A stretch of DNA of 64,000 nucleotides from Patescibacteria group bacterium (GTDB lineage Bacteria; Patescibacteriota; Microgenomatia; UBA8517). The stretch spans positions 212,549 to 276,548 of the forward strand of contig DATDRP010000003.1 of NCBI GenBank assembly GCA_035291665.1, written 5' to 3'. The position numbers and the translations under genes are program-made. Shown here piece by piece: positions 1 through 10,281 of the stretch (its first letter is position 1; the number at the start of each line of letters is the position of its first letter). The notes beneath the pieces were generated by a model. That model was not told the origin of the DNA. It made no database searches and saw only the letters and a list, made by a program, of their open reading frames with translations.

Positions 1-171
1 CAGCGTTGGGTACCATACGATACCCGACCAGATACCGAATAGTATCTGGCTGTGCCGCAACCGTGATCCTGAGCAAAGTCGAAGGAGAGCCGGAAAACTA
101 GCGGATCGAGATATAGAGTAAAAGAGCAGGGGGGGGTCTTCCACTCTAACTTAATTCCCGAGTCAGGAAAA

Positions 172-1011
172 ATGATAACAGAAATACGTCCGGATACAGC
201 ATCGATTGCTTATTCATCGATAATCAAAAGTAAAAATCAGGCTATCGTTGAAACTGCTTCTGCCATTTCCGAATCACATCACGAAACCGACCACTATAAC
301 TATATGGTAAAGGGTGGACGTCTTTGGTCCCCAACCGGCAAATGCTTTGTTGAAGATATCACTCTTGACGGACCGGATAGAGTTCTTTTCCAAAAGCTTC
401 AGGACTGGGGAAATAATAATTCGTCAGGGATGTCCGTTTGGATCAGTCCCCCGTTGGATTCAAAACACCCATTTACAAAAATAACAACCTACGAAATCTG
501 GAGCGGAAGAATTCTCAAAATGGTTAAAATCAATTCTACCCTGGTCGATGTCGACCCTGTCGAGATCGCAAAAAATCTTTCAATGTACTCAACTGATCCT
601 CTTGATTACGAATTTTCAGAAAATTCGCTTCGGGAAAAATTATTAATTATGCTGGACACTAAAAATGCCTCAGATCTGATTGATTCCTATACAAAACAAA
701 ACGCTTCGTTCGTAAAATACAAAAACTTTATCCAGTCATCAAAATCAATTTATGAATCTCACAATGAAGATCCCATTCGGTTTGCCGAAATGCTTGAGGC
801 GCAAATGGGAAGTTTCAGACTGGGTTGTGACACTATTTCTTTGACAAAATCGGGTATCAAATCTCTAAAGATTGAAGGTACTCTCAACCAAGGCGGTGAT
901 AAATACGGTTCTCTTGAATTTTCCTGCCCGCACTGCGGATCCACAAATACAAGACCATATAACCAACTAATCAGGAATTGTCAGCATTGCGGTGAAGATG
1001 TCAGCTGTTAA
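172..1011 (+). CDS. Hypothetical protein with C-terminal zinc ribbon
   Basis: 279 aa ORF; CPHCG...CQHCG at C-terminus. Confidence 0.7.
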   Translation: MITEIRPDTASIAYSSIIKSKNQAIVETASAISESHHETDHYNYMVKGGRLWSPTGKCFVEDITLDGPDRVLFQKLQDWGNNNSSGMSVWISPPLDSKHPFTKITTYEIWSGRILKMVKINSTLVDVDPVEIAKNLSMYSTDPLDYEFSENSLREKLLIMLDTKNASDLIDSYTKQNASFVKYKNFIQSSKSIYESHNEDPIRFAEMLEAQMGSFRLGCDTISLTKSGIKSLKIEGTLNQGGDKYGSLEFSCPHCGSTNTRPYNQLIRNCQHCGEDVSC

Positions 1012-1022
1012 TAAGGATGTGC

Positions 1023-1376
1023 TTACAGCTTTGCCTCATTAAGCTTCAATCTGGCCTTGACCAATTTTTTGATTAAAGCGAGAGGAAGTTTTTTATCCAA
1101 GGGAAACTGAATTGTCGACTTTGCAGTTTTGTAACCTTTCAATTCCTTTATATACAGTTCGATAACCGGAGGCGGGATATAAAGACCAATGTGATTATTA
1201 AAGATTGCAAAATAGGCCAACCGTCCTTTAAAGCCAAAATAAGGCATCCTGTAACTGATTTTTTCTTCCGCGTCGGGGCAAACCTTTTTTATGGTCTTGC
1301 GGAGTTCTTTAAGCTTACGTTGGACATCTTTCGGAGCATTTGATATGTATTCGTCAACTGTTCTTACCTTTTTCAT
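1023..1376 (-). CDS. DUF1801 (YdhG-like) protein
   Basis: TVDEYI...EEKISYRMP...HIGLY...TIQFP pattern. Confidence 0.85.
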   Translation of the reverse strand: MKKVRTVDEYISNAPKDVQRKLKELRKTIKKVCPDAEEKISYRMPYFGFKGRLAYFAIFNNHIGLYIPPPVIELYIKELKGYKTAKSTIQFPLDKKLPLALIKKLVKARLKLNEAKL

Positions 1377-1421
1377 TGGTAAATTATATCAAATGATTTA
1401 CTTACGAAATGAAATCAGAAT

Positions 1422-2147
1422 CTATCGCAAGCTTATCCAATCATAAACAAATTTCATTCCAATAATTAAAATTGCGATCAGGACCACTTTTTTGAACTTC
1501 TCTTGGGGAATCCGTTTTATAATATGCTTTCCTGTAAAGGACCCTCCAAGTGCAATAATAAATAAAAAAGGGATATACCAAAAATACTGATTACTTAAAA
1601 ATCCGCCTGCAAAATACAAAGGGATTCTTGTTATATCAACAGCAAGAGCAATGGCTGCGGCTGTAGCGATATATCTTTCTTTAGGCAGACCGAATGCTGT
1701 TAAAAAAGCCCCCCGCAAAGCCCCTCCGGTTCCGATTAAGCCTGCCAAAAAACCCGAGAGACTTCCTCCAAGAATTGCATTATAAAACGATGGGGCTATC
1801 TTTAAACCGTTTTTGAGGAGTGATATGAAAGCAAAGGCAACAAGAAATAATCCCAATATACCTTTCAGAACATCCTGAGAAACAAAGCCTATTAATAGTG
1901 CACCAATAAGAGTAAATGCGACACTGGGTATACCAAAAATAATAAGGGTTCGTTTATCCAAACCGTGCTTAAAAAAACTGATTCTTCCCAAATTGCCAAA
2001 AAAATGAAGTAATGCCACAAGTATTAATGCTGTTTTGAAATCAAGAAAAAGCAGTGCCAGAGGAAGAAAAATCGTAGACGAGCCGAATCCTGCAATGGTT
2101 CCGACAATTTCTGATATAAATGCCGCCAGGAAGAATAACAATACCAT
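1422..2147 (-). CDS. Sulfite exporter TauE/SafE (TSUP) family membrane protein
   Basis: AGFGSS and GLIGTGG motifs, ~8 TM segments. Confidence 0.85.
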   Translation of the reverse strand: MVLLFFLAAFISEIVGTIAGFGSSTIFLPLALLFLDFKTALILVALLHFFGNLGRISFFKHGLDKRTLIIFGIPSVAFTLIGALLIGFVSQDVLKGILGLFLVAFAFISLLKNGLKIAPSFYNAILGGSLSGFLAGLIGTGGALRGAFLTAFGLPKERYIATAAAIALAVDITRIPLYFAGGFLSNQYFWYIPFLFIIALGGSFTGKHIIKRIPQEKFKKVVLIAILIIGMKFVYDWISLR

Positions 2148-2204
2148 TATTTTAGCCTAGCACAAATTCAAGGCTAAGAGGTTACAAAGTCCCCGAATTA
2201 ATGA

Positions 2205-2879
2205 CTACTCCCCTGACAGGATACGTGTTGATTTGGTTCCCATAATAAGCCTCAAAAACCAATTGTTTAACCTGTCCTTTGTGGGATGAAATTGCTGTAG
2301 TACCCCAAAAGATGAATCAGACATCCCTTCAGCTGCACTTGTTTCCGATTGATATGCCAGTCGGGACCAGAGTTCGCAGCTTTCTTTATTTTCCGGAAGT
2401 AAAATCAAATTTTCATCAAAACAATAAGACTTGGCTTTTTTGAAAAAATCTTCAGTAATATCAATGTTGCTGTTTGCATATTTAATTGTGTTCAAATAAT
2501 AAGTAATCACTTTGATTTGGGTTGTTTGGTCCAACTGGGCAATATAACTTACGGGTTCGGACGATTGCGTCCATACATCAGAGGAATATCTGAAGGGAGA
2601 ATATAATAAATTCACGGTTGTCCCCTCTTTGACGTAAGTATTATTTTGTTTAATTATCGAATTTGCTTGAATCATATTCATGACAATTTCATTTTCAAGT
2701 GCCTCCAACATTCTTTGTTTTTGAACATTTTCCTGAATACTCACCGTAACGATATTCACAATTAAACTGAAGACTGCTCCAAATATTAATCCGCCAATAA
2801 AATTGTCTATTTTGGTTTTTTTTAATAACCTGAACGGGAAGGTAAAAACGAGAAGAACACCACTGAAAATTTTTTTCAT
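2205..2879 (-). CDS. Hypothetical membrane-anchored protein
   Basis: 224 aa ORF with N-terminal TM helix. Confidence 0.6.
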   Translation of the reverse strand: MKKIFSGVLLVFTFPFRLLKKTKIDNFIGGLIFGAVFSLIVNIVTVSIQENVQKQRMLEALENEIVMNMIQANSIIKQNNTYVKEGTTVNLLYSPFRYSSDVWTQSSEPVSYIAQLDQTTQIKVITYYLNTIKYANSNIDITEDFFKKAKSYCFDENLILLPENKESCELWSRLAYQSETSAAEGMSDSSFGVLQQFHPTKDRLNNWFLRLIMGTKSTRILSGE

Positions 2880-2960
2880 ATCAATATCTTAAAAAATCCA
2901 ACGGGGCAATTTGACTGGATTCTACCACTTTCTCAGAAAACTTTCAGAATTAAGATTGAA

Positions 2961-4526
2961 TTAATCTGCTTTGGGGAGCCGAACAATAAATACCGCACCT
3001 TTTGGTGTATTGTCAGTTACTGTAATACTTCCTCCATAGCGTTCAACGGTCATCCTTACAATGTACAAGCCCAACCCGGAATGGCCGGTTTCTCCATATT
3101 TGAATCCTTCGGTGAAGAGTTTGACTTTAACATCATCCGGAATCCCCTTACCTTCATCGGCAATTTTTATGTTCACAAACTTTCCCGAAACATTAACTTC
3201 AATATTGACCACATCTGATCCCGAATGCATCTGGACATTTCCGATAATGTTATCAAAAACAGAGGTTATAGCTTCGTCAGCGACAACAGACGCGGCACCG
3301 GTTGTTGTAATTTTCATTTTAGGATAATTCTCAATTACTGTTGATATTACCTTTGACACATCGACCGGTTTCAGTTCACCGCCCGCCAAAACACTATTCT
3401 CCAAATCTCTCATTTTTTTAATGAACTCCATTCCTCTTGCAACAGCAGATTGCGAATCGCCTATAAATGTCTCAACTTGTAATTTATCCTTCATATCCTG
3501 AAACATTTCCAAATTGCCCTGTATTATTGTCAGGTCATTGAGTAAATCATGTCTAAGAAGTTTATTCAGTACTTTTAAAGTTGACGTAAGTTCGCGAATT
3601 TTTATATCTCTTGCCTTCAGTTGACTTGCCATCTGGTTAAAACCTTTTGCCAACGTTCCCAATTCGTCATGATTCTCAACACTTACTTCATAATTGAAGT
3701 TGCCTGATGCTATCTCCCGGCTTCCTTTCTGAAGCTTCGTAATTGGTATGATTAAAAGTTTTTCAGCAACAAAATACCCTAACATAATTGCAAAAATCAT
3801 ACTGAGAATCAAAGATGTATAAGTAATCAATTCTACTTTCATTATTATTCCTGAGACATGTTGATGTTGATCCTCTGATGTCTGCGTATTAAATTCAACC
3901 ATCTGGGTTATTTTGCCTCCCATCTCAGTTTTTATATTTTTAATGGCGGATAGCACTTCATCAAGCTCTGCATGCTGCTCCTCGTGCGTTTCCCCTTGTT
4001 CATGCAAACGAAGTATGCTTTTCTTTAGCTGAAAAGCACGTTCAGACTTCGCTACAAGTTTGTCAAATAAAGCATCTACTTCAACCATCAATCTTGCATT
4101 TGCTTCATCAGACTTATGAATTTTGTAAATATTATTAAACCCGTGGAGTATCCATTCGCGGTAAATTATTCCACCGTCTAATCTTTTAAAATTCTCTGAA
4201 TCACTTCCTTCAATGACGGCTTGTGCAAACATCTCAAAATTAAGAACATTTTTATTAAAGTTGGCTTCTGAGTCGCGTATAATTTGAATGTCAGTGATAT
4301 CCTCTGCACGAAATGCAGCTGATAATTCTCCGGTGACTCCTTCCAAAGCAACCAAAACCTGCTGTGTTGCCAACGAGGTCGGCATTTGGTTTTCAATATG
4401 GTCTTCAAAATTCTTTGAAACGATCGACAGATTGTAAAGAAAGATAACTCCCAGAATAAGAAGAAAACCGACAAGTCCCAAAAATATGAGTGTTAGCTCA
4501 GTTTGAATTGAGCGAAGTTTTTTCAT
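2961..4526 (-). CDS. HAMP-domain sensor histidine kinase
   Basis: Two TMs, HAMP (DELGTLAKGFNQM), H-box LRHDLLN, DEGKGI and GLGLY boxes. Confidence 0.9.
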   Translation of the reverse strand: MKKLRSIQTELTLIFLGLVGFLLILGVIFLYNLSIVSKNFEDHIENQMPTSLATQQVLVALEGVTGELSAAFRAEDITDIQIIRDSEANFNKNVLNFEMFAQAVIEGSDSENFKRLDGGIIYREWILHGFNNIYKIHKSDEANARLMVEVDALFDKLVAKSERAFQLKKSILRLHEQGETHEEQHAELDEVLSAIKNIKTEMGGKITQMVEFNTQTSEDQHQHVSGIIMKVELITYTSLILSMIFAIMLGYFVAEKLLIIPITKLQKGSREIASGNFNYEVSVENHDELGTLAKGFNQMASQLKARDIKIRELTSTLKVLNKLLRHDLLNDLTIIQGNLEMFQDMKDKLQVETFIGDSQSAVARGMEFIKKMRDLENSVLAGGELKPVDVSKVISTVIENYPKMKITTTGAASVVADEAITSVFDNIIGNVQMHSGSDVVNIEVNVSGKFVNIKIADEGKGIPDDVKVKLFTEGFKYGETGHSGLGLYIVRMTVERYGGSITVTDNTPKGAVFIVRLPKAD

Positions 4527-5173
4527 TATAATTCCCTCTCAATTGCTCGAATGTCCATTACCGCTTTAATGATTCCTACAACTTTACCCTCGGAACCGAT
4601 TACCGGGACATAAAGTGAAACCGATTCAGATTGCGCACTCTCATCATACTCGATATCCCCGTGATAGGACTTACCGACCCCGTCAGCATACGCATCGATC
4701 CACCATTTTTCATCAGCTTGATAGTAGTCGCTTGTTTTATTGGTTTGGCCTACATTTAAGCCCTTTGAATCTGTCACGAATATTTCGGGAAATCCGGGAT
4801 TCAACTCCTGGAATTCTAATAGCTCAAAGGCAACCTTATTGGTTAGATATCCATCAACAAAACCGCCCCGATTTGTTAACCAATCTTCGTCCAGCTTTTC
4901 AATCTGTTTGGTTGTTAATGTGGCGTTTTTTATAGATTGGGATAGCGTTTCGGAAACAATAACATCATTTGTAGCCAGATTTTCGATTAGGGAAAGCTTT
5001 TTACCAACGACCTTCTCAACCTCAGGAGATAGTTCATCCAAAGTCTGCTGAATAACATTTTCATTGGCTGACCTGTTGGCATTTCTGTAAAAATATAACC
5101 CGCCAGAAACAGAAGCAAGTATTAAAACCGCTAACAACAAGCCAATACGTTCAGAAACAATTTTTCTTAACAT
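4526..5173 (-). CDS. Stand-alone Cache/PDC sensor-domain protein
   Basis: One TM; EIFVTD...TSDYYQADEKWW...YDES...VVGIIKAV; stop overlaps the kinase start. Confidence 0.75.
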   Translation of the reverse strand: MLRKIVSERIGLLLAVLILASVSGGLYFYRNANRSANENVIQQTLDELSPEVEKVVGKKLSLIENLATNDVIVSETLSQSIKNATLTTKQIEKLDEDWLTNRGGFVDGYLTNKVAFELLEFQELNPGFPEIFVTDSKGLNVGQTNKTSDYYQADEKWWIDAYADGVGKSYHGDIEYDESAQSESVSLYVPVIGSEGKVVGIIKAVMDIRAIEREL

Positions 5174-5218
5174 GGAGACTTCATATCCAGCTTAACGAAT
5201 TAATCCGACCAAAACAAT

Positions 5219-5354
5219 AACATCTTCCCCGCACCAAAGTGCGGGGTTTTCTCCCTAAGGAAGATGTTTTTTTGACTAAAGTCATAAGCTTTGCTTATTT
5301 GCCTCAATTCATCCCTGCAACAAATTGAAGGGTATTCTTGAGGTCGATTAATAA
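5219..5354. mobile_element. Gene-less IS200/IS605-like mini-element, copy A
   Basis: CATCTTCCCCGCAC..GTGCGGGG hairpin, then CAATTCATCCC..GGGTATTCTTGA hairpin; same layout as copies B, D and E. Confidence 0.55.
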
Positions 5355-5438
5355 GATGTTCAAAAGTTCAAATAGCGAAATTTGATTGGATTCAATCACT
5401 TTCCCTAAATTTTTTTCAAGTTAATGTAAGAAGGCGGA

Positions 5439-5879
5439 TTATTTAAGTTCTGAAAGTTTGTCGACAAATTCTTTTGGATATTTTATTGCTAATAACTCTC
5501 CTGTTTCTTTAGGACTAAACCAACCAAAGTCTATATGTTCGTCACTAATTGTAATACTCTTAATATCACCAACATTACAAATATAGGAAGAAAGAATCAA
5601 TCCGACAGTGTCGGCACCGACAGGGATTCTCACATTGTTAGACAAGACCATAGTAAACGGTGAAAAACTCGAAATTGAAGTAATACCAGTTTCTTCCCTC
5701 ACTTCTCTTTTAAGAGTGTCTTCAATGTTGCTATTTTTGTGAATCCTTCCACCCGGAATGTCCCAATAGGGTTCACCGGAATACTTTTTCAGTTTTTTGG
5801 GGTTAACCTTCAAAAGAAGAATTCTACCTTCACTGTTTCTGATTATTGCTTTTATCCCTAAATGAAAAATATCCTCCAT
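5439..5879 (-). CDS. NUDIX hydrolase
   Basis: PGGRIHKNSNIEDTLKREVREETG Nudix box; ATG at 5879 preferred over the longer call. Confidence 0.9.
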   Translation of the reverse strand: MEDIFHLGIKAIIRNSEGRILLLKVNPKKLKKYSGEPYWDIPGGRIHKNSNIEDTLKREVREETGITSISSFSPFTMVLSNNVRIPVGADTVGLILSSYICNVGDIKSITISDEHIDFGWFSPKETGELLAIKYPKEFVDKLSELK

Positions 5880-5970
5880 ACGATTAAATTGTAACAAAAG
5901 TTTGATGTTAAATGTTGGTTTTACCAATACTGAAACTAATAAGTCATTAATCACACCAGTTGCGATTTAG

Positions 5971-6534
5971 TTATTTACTCCTCCCAAGCCATCGATTAAA
6001 GGCGTCGTTGAAAGGTGTTACCCTTTGGACTCCAAATGACTTCCTGACAATACTTAACGACTTACCAAGTAAAAGTCTTGCTTGGAAAGCTTTAAGGTCC
6101 TGTCTATAGAGATTCTTTACCGACACTCCAATTTCGGTTGAGTTTTCCCCATCCCAATAATCTCTTGTAAACCCTTCGGGCATACATTCATCCCACGTAG
6201 CATCTACAACACTTTCGTTTCCACCCAGGCTTGCATACAAAAATAAATGGGAATCTATCGGATCTTTCAGTAAAGCTGTAATCTCTTCCGGAATCGGTAA
6301 TTCTCTCCAATTAAAGGTGGCTATACCCAAGGAAACCTTGTACCCCAAAGGTAGTAATTTAGCAGCAAGATATAAGTGTTTTCTCGTGCAGTTTCCCTTA
6401 TTTTCTACCAAAAGTTTTTTAGGGTTTCCATCAAGTCCTAAGACATAAGGAATGTTTTTAACTCTGGAAAAAACAGATTTGGCTTCATAGATTACCTCCT
6501 CCCAATCTTTACCTCCTCGAGATTCGCCTGTCAT
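5971..6534 (-). CDS. Transglutaminase-like protein
   Basis: GNCTRKH...SHLF...VDATWD (Cys-His-Asp triad). Confidence 0.65.
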   Translation of the reverse strand: MTGESRGGKDWEEVIYEAKSVFSRVKNIPYVLGLDGNPKKLLVENKGNCTRKHLYLAAKLLPLGYKVSLGIATFNWRELPIPEEITALLKDPIDSHLFLYASLGGNESVVDATWDECMPEGFTRDYWDGENSTEIGVSVKNLYRQDLKAFQARLLLGKSLSIVRKSFGVQRVTPFNDAFNRWLGRSK

Positions 6535-6565
6535 GCGCCGTATTATATTATATATAAAGTGTTAT

Positions 6566-6678
6566 GACATCCTCCCCCGAGTCTGACTCGGGGGTTTCCC
6601 TAAGGAGGGGGACATATCTGAGTTCAATTCATCTACGTTCATGTAAACTTAACGTAGTTTTCTTGAAATCTGTTATAA
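6566..6678. mobile_element. Gene-less IS200/IS605-like mini-element, copy B
   Basis: CCCCCGAGTCTGACTCGGGGG hairpin...CAATTCATC..TTCTTGAAATCTGTTATAA; close match to 42171-42281. Confidence 0.6.
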
Positions 6679-6689
6679 TTTTGCCAAAC

Positions 6690-6989
6690 ATGCAAGAGCA
6701 AAAGATAATTGGATTAGACAATTCAGTTCTCGAAGAAATTATTAGGGGCGGAGGCGGATTTGCACGGCAAGCATTAGAAGAACTTTCGGGAAGGGCAATG
6801 GGTGGAAACCCCGATGCACGAAGCCTAGTTATGAAAATAGACAACGAAGTAAGTTCAGGTCATTTAACATTACCGACCGAAGAGGTAAAACCTGAAAACA
6901 ATACTATAAGTTTGAAAGATCGACTCAAAAGTGCATTTAACCGGCAGGGTAAATTACAGCATTTTCTACCTCCAGATAGAGATCCCTGA
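6690..6989 (+). CDS. Hypothetical protein
   Basis: ATG at 6690 follows TATAAT; the upstream part of the 6564 call is mini-element DNA. Confidence 0.55.
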   Translation: MQEQKIIGLDNSVLEEIIRGGGGFARQALEELSGRAMGGNPDARSLVMKIDNEVSSGHLTLPTEEVKPENNTISLKDRLKSAFNRQGKLQHFLPPDRDP

Positions 6990-7058
6990 AAAGCCCTTGA
7001 TTTTTGTACGTAAAAGTAGTTCGAAAAATCCTATTAACGCGATATAGTAAAATAACGT

Positions 7059-7982
7059 ATGACGCAGACGGTTCTTGACGTTGAAAATTTCCTAAAAAAG
7101 CATACCGGTGTGGCAATTTCCGGTGTTACCCCCATCGGTAAAGGCGAATGGTCTTCTGCCTACTCATATCAACAAAATGGTTTTGGTAAAGTGATTCGTT
7201 TCAGCCGCTTCGAAGAAGATTACAAAAAGGATCGGTTTGCATCAGGCCTTTCCTCCCAAAAGCTTCCCATTCCCCCGATTGAAGAAATCGGTCAGGCTTT
7301 TAACAATTCCTTTGCCATTTCACCTCGGGTCGAAGGAAAAATGATCGACGAGCTTACTCCTTTCGAAATACAAAAAGTCATACCCGCATTTCTGGAGCTA
7401 CTTGACTCTCTTCGCTCGGCTGATGTTTCAAAAACAACAGGTTTCGGAAGTTGGGACGGAAACGGACAAGGTACAAAAAAATGCTGGAATGAATTCATCT
7501 TAGGTATTGCCTCTGACAAACCCTCTAATCGAATTGCCGGATGGAAGGAAAAACTGGCCAAGAATAAAAATACCTACAAAATATATTCTTTGGCATATGA
7601 CCGGTTAACAAATCTTATTTCATACTGTCCAAACGAAAGGTATTTGGTTCACAACGATCTTCTTCATACAAATCTAATTGTGAATGACAATAAAATTGCT
7701 GCAGTAATTGACTGGGGCTGCGCTTTATACGGTGACTTCCTCTACGATCTGGCAATGTATACCTTATGGCAATTCTATTATCCATCCATGGCTAAAATTG
7801 ACTTTAAGAATAAAGCAAAAAATTACTTCAAGGACGCTGGAGCTGACCTTCGGAATTTTGATCAGCGTTTAAAGTGTTACGAATTGCACCTTGCCCTTGA
7901 TTCAATCGCCTATAACTCATTTAAAGAGAATAGGAAGAATGTGGATCTGACTATCGGTAGAATTAAAGAAATATTGGCATAG
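7059..7982 (+). CDS. Aminoglycoside phosphotransferase (APH) family protein
   Basis: GKGEWS, LVHNDLLHTN, IDWG, GDFLYDLA. Confidence 0.85.
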   Translation: MTQTVLDVENFLKKHTGVAISGVTPIGKGEWSSAYSYQQNGFGKVIRFSRFEEDYKKDRFASGLSSQKLPIPPIEEIGQAFNNSFAISPRVEGKMIDELTPFEIQKVIPAFLELLDSLRSADVSKTTGFGSWDGNGQGTKKCWNEFILGIASDKPSNRIAGWKEKLAKNKNTYKIYSLAYDRLTNLISYCPNERYLVHNDLLHTNLIVNDNKIAAVIDWGCALYGDFLYDLAMYTLWQFYYPSMAKIDFKNKAKNYFKDAGADLRNFDQRLKCYELHLALDSIAYNSFKENRKNVDLTIGRIKEILA

Positions 7983-8050
7983 AACTGTTATGTTCATATT
8001 TTATGGGTTAACCAAATGTTGCGTCGATTATAGTATTTAACATTGATGTT

Positions 8051-9004
8051 TTATTGATTTTCGGTATCTTTGCTTTTTACTATATTTGGATTTGGATATT
8101 TTACTTGCATTTTTGCATCCATTTCTTTAAACCCTGTAAGGTCAAAAATATGTGCTGGTCTTCCGTCAACTGAGAGGTAGTCTTTGGCAAAAAAACCCTG
8201 ATCAGATCGGCAATTTAATGGATGAGTATCTCGGTATTTTCTGGTGATGATCAAATCTCCACGATTTTTGACCCCTCTTGCCTGGTATTTAGTAAAAACA
8301 TTGTCAGGCATGGCCGCAAAATATGAGATATAGCCAATCTTTTTGACACCTTGCTCAATAATATCGGTCTGGATGGCAAGGTCAAAAGATTGATTGGCCA
8401 ATACCAAACCAATTAATTCTCCTGCTTTAACTTTGCCCTTATTCACATTAGGAGCTCTTTGAACATGCTGAAATTCGATAGAAATATTTGGATAAGCACT
8501 GGGGGCTACTCTTAGCTCCTGGTTATAAGAAACCCCCGAGTCATCAAAATCCAGAAAGCCGTCAACTGGTGTAAAAATTTTGACATCATTCTCCAGCGTG
8601 GGTGTAGGAAAATTTTCTATGCTCAACCCTTCATATTTATAGTTTGGCTGTTTATCATCATACGTACTGAAATAGTGCTTCATGCTCCGACATGTTTCCC
8701 CGCTTAGATAAGAATAATCATGACCCATCCCGGAACGGAATTTTGAGATACTATAAACTTTGTCGAGCTCTACAAAATCTGTCTGGATAAATTTTGAGGG
8801 ATTATCGGGGTCGATGGGTGGTTCTTCATCTACCGTTTTTTCAGCTTCTTGGAACTTTTCCTGTTTAAGTTGAGCAATATCTTTTACGATCCCTTTCAAG
8901 ACGAAAAGGAAAAAAATGAGGAGGGGAATCAGGATAACTATAAGTATCCACCTGTTATTTGGCTTCGATGGATTTTGTCTATTGGTAGTAGAAACATTCT
9001 TCAT
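8051..9004 (-). CDS. Membrane-anchored M23-like protein lacking the HxH motif
   Basis: One TM; TPVDG, FQHV, KVKAGELIG; ATG at 9004 preferred. Confidence 0.6.
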   Translation of the reverse strand: MKNVSTTNRQNPSKPNNRWILIVILIPLLIFFLFVLKGIVKDIAQLKQEKFQEAEKTVDEEPPIDPDNPSKFIQTDFVELDKVYSISKFRSGMGHDYSYLSGETCRSMKHYFSTYDDKQPNYKYEGLSIENFPTPTLENDVKIFTPVDGFLDFDDSGVSYNQELRVAPSAYPNISIEFQHVQRAPNVNKGKVKAGELIGLVLANQSFDLAIQTDIIEQGVKKIGYISYFAAMPDNVFTKYQARGVKNRGDLIITRKYRDTHPLNCRSDQGFFAKDYLSVDGRPAHIFDLTGFKEMDAKMQVKYPNPNIVKSKDTENQ

Positions 9005-9189
9005 TAAATCAAGTATTACATACTCAGAAAGGTTGCTCAAACAATACACTCGAAGGGTGGTCAGACCCTGCCACTCTGGAAAATATGCAAAATTGAACAC
9101 ATATTTCGAGTACTATCAGGATCGCTTATTGCCCTACCCTTATGAATTTGAAAAACGAACGAGGAGGAAGGATTTATAACTATATAGGA

Positions 9190-9591
9190 TTATGTACGAT
9201 CAACATCCCCTGACAAAATTAGATTTCCGTAAGAAAAACCTTCGATTGTTGATGCGGTAGCGGCCACGAGCATTGACCATCTTTGGATTTCCGATTTTTC
9301 TGGAAATATAGTCCCCTTGGATTCCAGAATATTTTGTATTGTTGTGTCGGTTGGCGCATCAAAGTTCCATTTTTTTTCGCCTTCTTCCAGCCTGTCTACA
9401 ATCAGCTTCCTTAGTTCGGCATTTCCCAAGATATTTAGTAAAATTTCTCTGTTTTTTTCAACAGGTGAAATCCTGCTAAATTGTCTGTCTGCACAAACAA
9501 GGAGTTGTTTAAATCGTTTACCCCAATCTTTTCCATGCGATTCCGCCAAATGTTGAAGCTGTATCGGATGAGTTAAATTTTCCACGAGCAT
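9190..9591 (-). CDS. Hypothetical protein
   Basis: 133 aa ORF; TATAAT abuts the start codon. Confidence 0.55.
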   Translation of the reverse strand: MLVENLTHPIQLQHLAESHGKDWGKRFKQLLVCADRQFSRISPVEKNREILLNILGNAELRKLIVDRLEEGEKKWNFDAPTDTTIQNILESKGTIFPEKSEIQRWSMLVAATASTIEGFSYGNLILSGDVDRT

Positions 9592-9759
9592 ATTATATCA
9601 GGAGTTGAAGAATATTTTTATTGGCACAAGGATCGTAAGGTTAATATAACCACACAATTGACTTCAATTACCAATGCCTTTTCAGATTTTAGACTTGCGT
9701 TAGTCCTGAACGAAGTCGAAGGATGGCTCAAATCAGAGAAGATATTGAATAAGTATGAA

Positions 9760-10116
9760 TTATAACTGAGATGTTAGATTATAAATCGGAAATATGACGC
9801 TTATGACCATTAATCCAACTATTGTTCCGCTTAATAAGAAAGTCACAATGGCGGTGATTAAACTATAATTAAAATAAGCATCTTTATTTTGAGTGTTAGA
9901 AAAACCCTTAATACCAAAAAAGATGTTTACTGCCGAAATGGCAAGTAGAACAACTACACTTAAATAACTAGTACTTATATTTCCTGAAGTATTTGCACCA
10001 AATTCAGAGTATAACGGAGTTAATTTTGGAATAACAAAAAAAAAAGATAAAGCAAGTAGAAGAATCGGAAATCCAAAGAAAAAGTTGAGAATTCCAACTA
10101 ACTTATATTTAGTCAT
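9760..10116 (-). CDS. Small 3-TM membrane protein with PilC/GspF-like segments
   Basis: VIPKLTPLYSEFG and MVISVIFPIYNLTSQL. Confidence 0.55.
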   Translation of the reverse strand: MTKYKLVGILNFFFGFPILLLALSFFFVIPKLTPLYSEFGANTSGNISTSYLSVVVLLAISAVNIFFGIKGFSNTQNKDAYFNYSLITAIVTFLLSGTIVGLMVISVIFPIYNLTSQL

Positions 10117-10281
10117 AAAATATTAAATCAATAATAAAGCCTTGAATCTGCTTTTGGGTAAATTTAGTTCCAACTGACCCCCCGTTGACTTATTCAGTAA
10201 CCGAGAATTTGAGTTTGGATTTACTCCTTTTTCTATTGAACATTGCTGTTTCTGCATGGTTTTCTTTGGCGACAGACAAAA

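Noticed and set aside
2171-7030. Further att-like sites near 2171, 5405 and 7000
   Set aside because: Too degenerate or off-register to separate from AT-rich background by eye.
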